In this document: in pieces, positions 28,601-36,089 of the stretch
Layout: each line of letters starts with the position of its first letter
Position numbering within the stretch: the first letter of the stretch is position 1
Virus record (IMG/VR): IMGVR_UViG_3300005077_000043
Location: 1-39,402 of that record
Reading direction: 5' to 3' (one strand)
Origin: a virus
Lineage: Duplodnaviria; Caudoviricetes
Length of the DNA stretch: 39,402 nucleotides
The notes under the pieces: model-generated
The model's input: the letters and a program-made list of their open reading frames with translations, nothing else
Databases searched by the model: none
Told to the model about the DNA's origin: nothing
Program-made: the position numbers and the translations under genes

Positions 28601-28968
28601 ATGCCCTGATATTGAATGGTCAGGATGGACCCGGCCTGTTTAAGATCGCTCTGGGTGGGGTCAAGTCGAAATATTATAAGCTGTTCTATGATCAATACGA
28701 AAAGGGTGACTTCGACGGAATGGAAGAGACGGCGGTTAAGCTCCTGCAGTTGCAGGCGACGTGGAGTAATTTGGAACAGAGCTTGTCGGCGCGAGGCGCT
28801 ACCAGAGAAGACTTGATTGAGGCTCGAAGAGTTTGGCGAAGCAAGATGGGACTGCCGCCGATGGGCGATTTATATGAAAATATTATCGGTCCCGATAAGA
28901 TTATGCAGCAAAGGATAGAGGAATTGAAAAATAAGTTCAATCAAGATATTGCTCCGGGAGGGGAATGA
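22639..28968 (+). CDS. Large ejection / polyvalent protein with ART-like and ParB-like domains
   Basis: 2109 aa, no Cys; FRG..FYS...NPL...GHDGII...E.E..VF; RFQPR...PIVVW...VLSGHSR; helical C-terminal region. Confidence 0.75.
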   Translation: MADPANMPHGMYEESQGFTKKWFRDDPTKSQSVYALDFSKRPMNSEPFSSYKQRMEDTINGVINSIPPEAIFAKTSPEFQDAVRRFMVDGADGVNDEEKTQIQAAMRVGILPPDLENKGWEKIFRTPDEEYGFLKEVEKTVDEADRLGFKIFKAITGDPELSKLLEDVLFTDVPTFEPELDAAGKVTGVKPPKSGPSSDLESANELLDRFLGSIGFDRETGMRDPDSFINVAIPEDRQKFMDADLKQKIKYIFGTPMGIIDKNVSGIPKFLLNGLNDIVNGGKPTGKNGEPAEEPWKDKTKRIFTNSLQLLRPIENMVILLQQGAKDVTGGVLPGPPASDERVKQAYVEFYDNPLLHYWMIRGGMSKGLKMYKNAKVREYAIAQSKEAQLQQQINDAAQAAEDARVDAGIRKALADRKEAKAAEVRKEVVDETVQEFSDWSKKQAEKEARRAAPKAEVPVEEVNQAQTNEILSSKRNDLAAKIKERNPEANIDEMTRYEMEYLESGGNIKRYPRFYKSAKGPVKAGFYEGAEAEWMLTGGKSGTEPSNPIYVKPTWEYESSAKVRARLDRGEPAYTNPDYVPERLAPEDIAPKVPVKPPEKPVETKTKSEPQLPLEEQKAPETTTGTLEVAKKIEPEEWFRGEDKRNSGGGDKFYSASEDVAGNFGKVSKANASDMPKNPLIVDSKESLAERIGYDGDPLAEPLNAKVRFDDLAKSYAKKNGHDGIIYENGTLGEREMHVFVEGAKRVDSDSKLKPGKKTATGPKQEPVTVVEDRGDLVDVKGEFGEEKTVSKLDLTKEEKITPPEQTEGYKAGREVIVPMKDINVDTKRFQPRTTEFSEDSAARLEGNYDNRYLDPIVVWRDPVGKKIYVLSGHSRFEGLGRAKQTEAPVRFFEGTESEAIQYAHGLANEGATPLTIQAKIKSYQTLKSTGMDNAGLKNVFGPNLLPRLEAYQNLSPLGKFIEYMDNKNTDLATPGINHFARWIGELREKYGDKLTNYHENQLFEYLYQSGKNHYTMPKDKFVALIDKNMGDALRTPEMPLDLGQEMNVGLHARADTGPIVAEIRRQRKIFDEAKEMRNNAQTVQEIKAQSDIMDEAQREISRLQGGIDELVEKQGDMFAEPAKPSGKTPPADIPGAEFDKLSPVEKFSVIRKRVKMAEEAGEKSMVDDLKEIVRSEPDGIKYFEKYDALETEAKARLRELGEEAMNNLSSGVDPVLAAKTIKELATIGYAKMAKGLLRLDDWSREMIAEHGDNIRSIIPEIYAKARRIFRGHSMTFRMIRNQKEADYIKITRQVRDEIYKVNDQTRKWDKEYTEAERNDVGAMIEGIDNIAENRPPIVNDRTRALRDAYRPFIEQQRQNVNAYLAGFTEGEYIDFTENYLMHLYEGRPDHIKNVVNTKLIHSPSAKARKMITLKEAMGAGLKPVTQDVSYLTRVWADMNWRIAGNRKIANMLKNSFDEFGNRALSLKPPENSTGWERFDSPALKRSFAMQGPPRFEVRKKGAARATRIFDTHEEAASFVATKRNQYFDVNQIKGDMIVHQASVWVAPEYRRIAHMAFDNPYAKREWLGYHYDVLNGLTKSTALLASFFHNINQSESGVAMLGVKEIYNISTGRASWKIGKKLISENPEFVSDAIMHGLQPASNMQADMGFGHVDRFFRSTENYLNRKSIPYAGDVVGIFRKAHDKMNRHLWSDIHEGYKFYTYYKLTSDILQKFPDATPEMIKQIKESIAASINNGFGGQEWESHLWLRPRNLMYARRALLAPDYTWSNLRIAGVQTKTFTDPIARRVMAKYWVNMALGIGAATVALNYAITGHGPWDNEYDHKYDIEVTPIIKAGKMVWSKMPLTEDYDWDADKTHYYARLGKQAREIFGWFTEPWKTVGNKMGMLSRQVINQATGTEIGSGWEMPWRKEDLDLWENLEERAKHAASMFRPFSFSESQFAFTVPMYKGMSPYKGIKAYQEALDAKSWTVFGEPTIKENAIREISDALILNGQDGPGLFKIALGGVKSKYYKLFYDQYEKGDFDGMEETAVKLLQLQATWSNLEQSLSARGATREDLIEARRVWRSKMGLPPMGDLYENIIGPDKIMQQRIEELKNKFNQDIAPGGE

Positions 28969-29228
28969 TGTTAAAAAAGATTGAAGAGACACTGAATGGA
29001 CGGACAAAGCTGGCCATTGACCTCGTTGGACTATTCCTGAGCCTTCTGATTATCCTAAGTGCCATTATGAAAAGTCATTATGCCACAGAAAACTCAATCA
29101 ACGAGATTAAGGCTCAACAGGCGATTCAGTTTGAAAATATCAAGGACGGGATCAATCGGAATACCGTCAGGATTGAGCGGATAGAAAACCTTTATATCCG
29201 TGGAGAGGGTAATCATGCAGCACCGTAA
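28965..29228 (+). CDS. Single-TM plus coiled-coil membrane protein
   Basis: LAIDLVGLFLSLLIILSAIM followed by heptads ending RIERIE. Confidence 0.7.
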   Translation: MMLKKIEETLNGRTKLAIDLVGLFLSLLIILSAIMKSHYATENSINEIKAQQAIQFENIKDGINRNTVRIERIENLYIRGEGNHAAP

Positions 29229-32200
29229 ACAAAAAAAACAGTCGGCTTACCAGAAGTATTTCCCGATCGTATGGTATTCTTTTGGATTAATTCTTTTGGT
29301 TCTCGCTTTCTTCAAACTGGCATACAGTGGGACGCCTCCATCGGAACCACCGCGGTACGATAAAATTGATGGCGGTATTGCTACTGACTCAACAGATGTA
29401 ACCACAGCTTTGAAGGCAGCAATCAGCAGGGCACAAACAACTACCGGATACGTGAGGCTCGATTCAGGCGTTGTCCTCTTGAAAGATTCGATAGTTATCC
29501 CATCGGGTGTGGAGATTGTCGGTAATCAGACACGGGTACGTTTTGTTGATGCCGCAAAAGGATTTGTACTTCGTAATAATACGACCATAAAAGGTTTTAG
29601 CATCATTGAAACGATGTGGTCCGACTCGGCACCGCCGACTGGGGCCGAGGAATTTGGTTCTCCGATTTCTGTTGGTGACAGAACAACTGGCTCTGGATAT
29701 CACGACATCGAGATATCAAATCTGACCGCAAAGTCAAACCGCAATGCAGGTGCCGATATTGTTATCACCGGTAATACGTATAATGTCAAGGTGGAAAACG
29801 TCAGGTGTGAAACCAATTATGATTCTACCAGATTTGGCGTTTTAATTAAATATGCTTCTGACGGGAACGATTCCACATATCACCCGAGAAACATTGACCT
29901 AAATAATATATGGGTTGATTCTCTTGACCCGCCCGACACAAATGGATACGCGATATCTCTTGATGGTGTTTATGGCGCAAAGGTAGCAAATATAACAACT
30001 GAATACTCTTATATGGGCATTGACATCCGCCCTGATTCATTAGGCTTTACCTTTGCCCATTCAGACTGCAACCTTGACCAAGATGGGTTCAGTCCGGCCG
30101 TATTGCTAATAAACTCTCATTTTAATAACGTATGGACATGGGGTATCCGTGTGTCCGGTTCTGTTGAAGATGCTGGTTCTGCCGATACTATTTCTCTTCC
30201 ATTGACTGTGATTGGATGCACGTTCACCGGCCAAGATACGACTGCGGCGGCGGGATATGGCTCAAGTGTCCCAACCGGAGCCATGCACAGATATCATGCA
30301 ATGGGTGTAACCTATATCAACTGCTCGTTTTTCAACTGGAACAGGGGGATATCGTTTGATGAGGCGGATGGTGTCGATATTCAGAACTGTCTGTTTGAGC
30401 GGAATCAATACGATATTTATGCCCATTCGTCGAGTTATCCTGACAATATCACCATTAGTGAGAATTCGTTTCGGAATCATTCGGCTTCAGGAACGTCTGG
30501 TATCTACATCGGACGCGCGGGTCATGTAGTCATACAAAACAACAGGTTCGGGCGCCCGATTGATTCTTCATATCGCTATCCGATTCATGTCATTAACCCG
30601 TCAAGTACACCGGCCAGGTTAAAAATTGTCAACAACCACGTAGTAAATATCAGTGCTCATGATTCTGCGAGAGCGTATAGGCTTCTTTATGACCCATCGA
30701 TACTGGTCTTTGAGGGCAACTCCATTGATACCCAATATGTCGATACGGGAGATTACTCAACGACGGCGACCTATGCTGGCCGATGGTCAATGGCAAAATT
30801 CCTCGGTGGTGTAGCTGAGGATACATCGGTCGGGGCAACGGACAATTATGTTTGGACTTACGACGCAACATCCGGTAAGGCTCGGTGGGAGGCTGCTCCG
30901 GGTGCTGGTTCGGGTGACGATATCGTTATTGATACGGGTGGTGTCGGTGGTGAAGTAGATGTTAATAACCCGACAATCGGCGGCGGGCACATGATTGGTG
31001 CCAGTGTGTCTGGATCGGCGGTCAACTTTTTCTTATACGGTGATGTCCCCGATAGTAATATCGCAAGCGCTTCGGAATGGTCAGAGGCATACGATTCGGT
31101 CACATCATGGGGTGATGTCTCCGCTGTTTATTTTCCGTATAATGGGGGCACTCTGTCCGGGAACATTAATATGGGTTCCAACGATATTATCGGGGTTGAT
31201 TCAATAAATGCAACGGCAATTACCGTAGCTCGACTCCGTGCGCCAGTTTCTTCTATAAACTTATATCAAAACTTGGCAGGTAGTGGTGGCAATGCAACGA
31301 TATCGGCTATGGAATCTGTTCAGGCTGATACCATAAAAACCCATGTGACACAGGGGAAGATTTACAACAACTCCGGCGCTATGAATTTGCAGGATAACAA
31401 TGTTGGGCCATATACCTTAACTCAATTATATGGGATGGGACCGTCAGTATCATCTGCCGAAATTACAAACGGAGTAATTCTTGAGGAGGATTTATCGGCC
31501 ACGAATAGTCCGACCGATAATTATCTATTGAGCTACGATCAGAGTTCTGGTGGTTTTACATGGGTTGTATCTCCTACTGGCGGCGGTTCCGGTGATACTG
31601 CATTATGTTTGTCAGAGGCCGCTGGTGGTGCTGATAAGGTCTATTGGGATAATGATACTCTTGAAATCTGCACTGGCGGGAACGATACTCTGAAGTTCTA
31701 TAACAACGGGACAAATTGGGTGATGAGTGGTGGCAATGGTTTGCCTGCTTATGACTCATTGGCTATACTCAGTCTGTTTAAGTTTGTATCTGGTTCTGAT
31801 ACGACATCGATTAACAAATCTCTGGTCGATTCAATGATTAATCAGACGGGTCGGTTTGCTACCGGAAATGTCGCTGCTGATATCGGTGATACAATCAATG
31901 CTCGAATGACCAAAGCGGTAACGGGGAACACAGAGACAGGCATAGCGGTAACGTACAATTCAACCGACAGTACCTATGATTTTGTTGCCGAAGTAACTCA
32001 GGCCGAGCTGGATGCAATCGCTAATGACACGGCTAACTTTTTAAGAGCCGTTGATTCTGTCGATGCTCTTGACGAGACTTATTTCCCAATCGCCGATACA
32101 GGGGCATACTCAACGACACTAAAAGGTGATATGAGCGACACCGGAGATGTTGTCCGGTCAGAGATTCGGGACACCATCGAGGCGGTCGTTGATACTGTCT

Positions 32201-32544
32201 GTGTGAATTTCTCTATTGTCAAGCCGGATGCGGTAAACGATACAGTTGCTCTCTTTTACGTCTCTCCGGCCATGTACCCGAGTGGGATAACGATAACCCG
32301 CCTTGATTTATACACCGGAAATTCGACTGGAACGTATGCACTTCAGTTTGAGGAATGGGAGACTTCCGGCCTGACGGCAAGGACTGGTTATATCGATACT
32401 TTAACGATTGCCAATGATTCGGCTCATGTCCATTCGACTACTTTTATGGATGCAAATATCGCCGCCAACGGTTCGATATGGGTAATCGTTCCGGCAACTG
32501 ATGTTGACTGGATAGGCGGTGCAATCACGTTCACAAAGGATTAA
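29215..32544 (+). CDS. Tailspike/fibre with pectin-lyase-like beta-helix and signal peptide or anchor
   Basis: GGAGAGG SD before ATG 29215; basic n-region, FGLILLVLAFFKLAYS; D.T.AL.AAI and I.NC.F beta-helix motifs; two TDNY..YD..SG...W fibre repeats. Confidence 0.75.
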   Translation: MQHRKQKKQSAYQKYFPIVWYSFGLILLVLAFFKLAYSGTPPSEPPRYDKIDGGIATDSTDVTTALKAAISRAQTTTGYVRLDSGVVLLKDSIVIPSGVEIVGNQTRVRFVDAAKGFVLRNNTTIKGFSIIETMWSDSAPPTGAEEFGSPISVGDRTTGSGYHDIEISNLTAKSNRNAGADIVITGNTYNVKVENVRCETNYDSTRFGVLIKYASDGNDSTYHPRNIDLNNIWVDSLDPPDTNGYAISLDGVYGAKVANITTEYSYMGIDIRPDSLGFTFAHSDCNLDQDGFSPAVLLINSHFNNVWTWGIRVSGSVEDAGSADTISLPLTVIGCTFTGQDTTAAAGYGSSVPTGAMHRYHAMGVTYINCSFFNWNRGISFDEADGVDIQNCLFERNQYDIYAHSSSYPDNITISENSFRNHSASGTSGIYIGRAGHVVIQNNRFGRPIDSSYRYPIHVINPSSTPARLKIVNNHVVNISAHDSARAYRLLYDPSILVFEGNSIDTQYVDTGDYSTTATYAGRWSMAKFLGGVAEDTSVGATDNYVWTYDATSGKARWEAAPGAGSGDDIVIDTGGVGGEVDVNNPTIGGGHMIGASVSGSAVNFFLYGDVPDSNIASASEWSEAYDSVTSWGDVSAVYFPYNGGTLSGNINMGSNDIIGVDSINATAITVARLRAPVSSINLYQNLAGSGGNATISAMESVQADTIKTHVTQGKIYNNSGAMNLQDNNVGPYTLTQLYGMGPSVSSAEITNGVILEEDLSATNSPTDNYLLSYDQSSGGFTWVVSPTGGGSGDTALCLSEAAGGADKVYWDNDTLEICTGGNDTLKFYNNGTNWVMSGGNGLPAYDSLAILSLFKFVSGSDTTSINKSLVDSMINQTGRFATGNVAADIGDTINARMTKAVTGNTETGIAVTYNSTDSTYDFVAEVTQAELDAIANDTANFLRAVDSVDALDETYFPIADTGAYSTTLKGDMSDTGDVVRSEIRDTIEAVVDTVCVNFSIVKPDAVNDTVALFYVSPAMYPSGITITRLDLYTGNSTGTYALQFEEWETSGLTARTGYIDTLTIANDSAHVHSTTFMDANIAANGSIWVIVPATDVDWIGGAITFTKD

Positions 32545-32546
32545 AA

Positions 32547-32789
32547 ATGGCTAAGTACAGAAAAATTCCTGTTGTCGTTGAGGCGGTAAGATACTTCGGA
32601 GCAAATGATGAAGAGATATTCTCCTTTTCTGGAGATAAGGTAAGAGTTGGTAATGACTCCTTGATTGTTCCAACTCTTTCAGGGGATGTAAAACTCAGGC
32701 GTGGCTGGTGGCTTCTCAAGGGTGTGGATGGAGAACTGTACCCCTGTGAGCCTGGCATTTTTGAAAAAACATACGAAAAGGTGGAGTGA
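32547..32789 (+). CDS. Widespread small phage protein (YRK.PV.VEA...KGV.GE.YPC.P.IFEKTYE)
   Basis: Recognised motif; no signal peptide. Confidence 0.8.
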   Translation: MAKYRKIPVVVEAVRYFGANDEEIFSFSGDKVRVGNDSLIVPTLSGDVKLRRGWWLLKGVDGELYPCEPGIFEKTYEKVE

Positions 32790-33577
32790 TGCGGAAGATA
32801 CTTTTACTTGTCATTATCCTGCTGTTGTTACCGTGGACACTACGGGCGGCTGATGTCACGATTAACAGTCAGGACTCGACCCAAGACACGTATTTGCGAG
32901 AAGCCACAGCGACAACAAACTATGGAACGGCGACGGCGATTCGAGTAGGATATGATATTAATAGTTGCATGACCGGGCATACAACATCTTGGGTAAAAGT
33001 GAATCTTGACGGAACAGGGTATGACACTTGCTCGGGAATGTTGATTATCACGACACTTGGATACGATTTGACCGACGGCACAGCGGATACGATAGACGTA
33101 TTCCGATGCACCCGGGCCGCGGTTGTAGGTCAAGCGACATGGAATATATACTCAACCGGTAATAGTTGGACTACGGTTGGCGGTGATTTCGATACGAGTC
33201 ATTCGTCTGGATTTTGGCAGAATAATGGGGCGTTTATTGTCAGCGACCTCGGCAGTTCTAATGTTTGTACGTTGTCCGTTCCACACGCCGGGGTTGATTC
33301 TATGATGCAGGGGCTTTTGACTAATAACGGGCTGATTCTGGTCGCCAGAAGCTACTGGAGGGACCACATTAACTGCCCGACGAATGCTGCGACAACTCTT
33401 GTTATACAATCGGAAGATTATGGAACACCGGCATCGAGGCCGCAGTATGTATTAAAAGATGTTGGGATCCCCGCTGCTGGCGGCCCGACCCCACAAGTAA
33501 TAATAATCGGGAGAAATGATGCTGAAGACCATTTTAATAAGTTTGGTTCTTTGCCTCGTCGCTATTTCATCAACTAA
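32786..33577 (+). CDS. Secreted DNRLRE/CBM96-like domain protein
   Basis: MRKILLLVIILLLLPWTLRA|AD; DTYL......NYG, ATWN, W...GGD, NNGLIL, SE.....RP motifs. Confidence 0.75.
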   Translation: MMRKILLLVIILLLLPWTLRAADVTINSQDSTQDTYLREATATTNYGTATAIRVGYDINSCMTGHTTSWVKVNLDGTGYDTCSGMLIITTLGYDLTDGTADTIDVFRCTRAAVVGQATWNIYSTGNSWTTVGGDFDTSHSSGFWQNNGAFIVSDLGSSNVCTLSVPHAGVDSMMQGLLTNNGLILVARSYWRDHINCPTNAATTLVIQSEDYGTPASRPQYVLKDVGIPAAGGPTPQVIIIGRNDAEDHFNKFGSLPRRYFIN

Positions 33578-36089
33578 TGCGGCTATCGTAACGGCTGACC
33601 ATAATGCAGTGGACCAGTACGAGGACATACCAGCAGCTTGGCGGGATTCCATCGCTACGAAATATATCTGGCAACTGCACCAATCTCACGGTTGCCGGAA
33701 TATCTGTGGTATGGAATACCTGTACGCTGACAACAGCACCCTTCATCATGTCCCGTTTGTCGGCTCTGAATGGTGGACTTCGAACTGTGGCGCATCTGAC
33801 TTAGGACAAGGCGGGGATACTTGTTATATAAATATTCTCCGAGATACCTTAACAAACAATTCCGACATCGATGCTATCACATGGTCATTCTCCCACAATA
33901 CCACAACGAACGACTCTTTAGATGTCATTGCTCATATAACGGCAATGCACAATCTGGCAAGCGACTTCCCTAATGTCGCTGTTATTATGCAGACAGCGCA
34001 GTTGGGTTATTCGACCTTTACTCAAGGACACCGTGATAGTATTACTCAGTTGAACCACTGGGTTCGAGGTCTGGCTGATACTATTACCCTTGATAATTTT
34101 TTCATATTCGATGTCGCGGATATCCTTGGGTTTAACCGGAATACTCAACAATACGATTCAACGGCTCACTGCTCAACTGACGCTTGGATTGAAACATACA
34201 TTTCGGATTCAAGCATAACTCCGGTTGAGTGTGAATATATTACAAATACAGACCTGACTTGGACAACTGCGGCCAATATCGGCGACTGGAACTGCCATCA
34301 TGCGGGGAATGTCACAAGTTACGTCCCTTACAACTGCCCCGACGCCGCAAACTATATCTGCGAGTCTCACGGCAAGGCGATGCTCTGGTTGCTTGCTCGT
34401 TCGGCTGGTTGGGAAGGTGTGGATGTCAATGAAAACATCTGGTATGTTTCGAAGGCCAATGGTGACGATGCGAATGGTGGGCATTCGTGGGATGATGCGT
34501 TTCGAACCATTGATGCCGTAAACAATAATTTAATTGCCGGCGATACCGTAGTATTCGGCGCCGGTGTTTATGATTCACTTCAAATCATCCCCCCTCTCAA
34601 TGGGGCCGACTCGGGCTGGACGTTGTATATAGATTCATCAAAGTATTACGGAGGACCAGGGTTTACGGCGACTCTTTCAGGTGGCGAGAATATCACTGGA
34701 TGGGTGATTTACTCTAACACGGATTCTGTCGATGTATGGGTTGCTGTTGGTCATGCCTTTCGAGATACATGGACTGGCTCTGCTGGTGACGAAGGTGGTG
34801 ATTTGGCCCGATGCTGGACTCTTCGCTATGGCGACTCGCTGTTCAAACCTTACAATAGTATCGACTCCCTTTTGAAGTACGGTAATTATACGATGTGTCA
34901 TAGGGAGAATGCTGGCGGGACGGCCAACGACACAATCTATATTGGACTTCCTAATGGCATCACCCCTTCAAACCTCGGGACTATTCGTGGTTCGGCTCGT
35001 CCGGTATTCCGTTTTGCTGAGGACGCCCAACAAAAGATTAGGATTGAAGGATTTAAGATATATGACGGTAAACAGGGTTGTGTTTTATTTACAAACGGGG
35101 CGGTCGATTCAATTCAAATTGTCTCATGCTCTCTGAAATTTGTAGGACATGGGTATGGTGAAAATCCTGCTTTGATTATGTCTCGGACAAAAGCGTTCGG
35201 CCCACCTGTCTATTTCAAAGTTGCAACTCACGTTGAGATCTATAACTGTGACTTTACAAAAGCGATAGGAACGAACGACTCATACTACGAACATTCCGGC
35301 TCGGGGATAGAAGGGTACTGTGCTGAATACTGGCGCGTCAAGGGGTGTTCTTTCCGAAACCTGCCTGGTACTGGTCTTTATTGGAAAAACGAAATCGATA
35401 TCCACGACACGATGATGTCAAATAACGTCGTCGATTCATGCTATTTTAATAATCTCGGTGGGTATGGTGTCTGCGCCGGTGAAACCGGTATCCACGATAC
35501 AGTTATCAACTGCATCTTTGACAGTATTGGTGAAGCGGCGATATCCCTGAATCATCAAGTGACGAACCTTCATGGTGGTCATGCTATTCTAAACAATACT
35601 ATACGCCGGTGTAATAACGCTATATGGGATTGGCACGCAGAAGATTCGACACTAACGACGACTGCAAAATATAATATTGTAAGTCGGACTTACGTCACTA
35701 TTTGGGATGGGTGGAGATACCGGACTGGCGATTATTATCGACACTATGCTTTCCGGTCTGATGCAAACTACGACCAGTGGGATATTGATTCAAACTGGTA
35801 TGACGCAAATGTGACAGATTCTACTGCAACCCCGTTCCGTTCTGCCGGCGACCGCAACTTTGCCGGTTGGCAGTCTCAGGGGCACGACTCAACAGCGGGA
35901 GCCGTGACAGAATTATTCATGGATTGGGATTCATATATGTTCTACGATACAACCAGTTTTACAATAGATGTGACGCACTCCGGTCGGACATGGACGCATC
36001 CCGGCGCTAATTGGGGTGTTCTTTCAACAACGCGGTTCCATAAGATTGAAGGTACTGCCATCGTTGGTGGCAAAGTGAGGATACCATAA
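33516..36089 (+). CDS. Secreted two-domain protein: SGNH-like alpha/beta domain plus beta-helix
   Basis: MLKTILISLVLCLVAISSTNA|AI; HQSHG, FDVADI, W.LAR.AGW.G; YVS..NGDD.N.G.S...AF.TI and AGDTV (DUF1565-like) then beta-helix repeats. Confidence 0.75.
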   Translation: MMLKTILISLVLCLVAISSTNAAIVTADHNAVDQYEDIPAAWRDSIATKYIWQLHQSHGCRNICGMEYLYADNSTLHHVPFVGSEWWTSNCGASDLGQGGDTCYINILRDTLTNNSDIDAITWSFSHNTTTNDSLDVIAHITAMHNLASDFPNVAVIMQTAQLGYSTFTQGHRDSITQLNHWVRGLADTITLDNFFIFDVADILGFNRNTQQYDSTAHCSTDAWIETYISDSSITPVECEYITNTDLTWTTAANIGDWNCHHAGNVTSYVPYNCPDAANYICESHGKAMLWLLARSAGWEGVDVNENIWYVSKANGDDANGGHSWDDAFRTIDAVNNNLIAGDTVVFGAGVYDSLQIIPPLNGADSGWTLYIDSSKYYGGPGFTATLSGGENITGWVIYSNTDSVDVWVAVGHAFRDTWTGSAGDEGGDLARCWTLRYGDSLFKPYNSIDSLLKYGNYTMCHRENAGGTANDTIYIGLPNGITPSNLGTIRGSARPVFRFAEDAQQKIRIEGFKIYDGKQGCVLFTNGAVDSIQIVSCSLKFVGHGYGENPALIMSRTKAFGPPVYFKVATHVEIYNCDFTKAIGTNDSYYEHSGSGIEGYCAEYWRVKGCSFRNLPGTGLYWKNEIDIHDTMMSNNVVDSCYFNNLGGYGVCAGETGIHDTVINCIFDSIGEAAISLNHQVTNLHGGHAILNNTIRRCNNAIWDWHAEDSTLTTTAKYNIVSRTYVTIWDGWRYRTGDYYRHYAFRSDANYDQWDIDSNWYDANVTDSTATPFRSAGDRNFAGWQSQGHDSTAGAVTELFMDWDSYMFYDTTSFTIDVTHSGRTWTHPGANWGVLSTTRFHKIEGTAIVGGKVRIP

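Noticed and set aside
29215-32544. N-X-S/T (N-glycosylation) sequons
   Set aside because: Numerous here but many are by-products of NDT/NDS, and they are sparse in the nozzle; D-S/T is the consistent signal
33516-33577. 62-nt overlap as a programmed fusion of 32786 and 33516
   Set aside because: 33516 has its own SD and signal peptide; overlap is best explained by a lost stop after PQVIII
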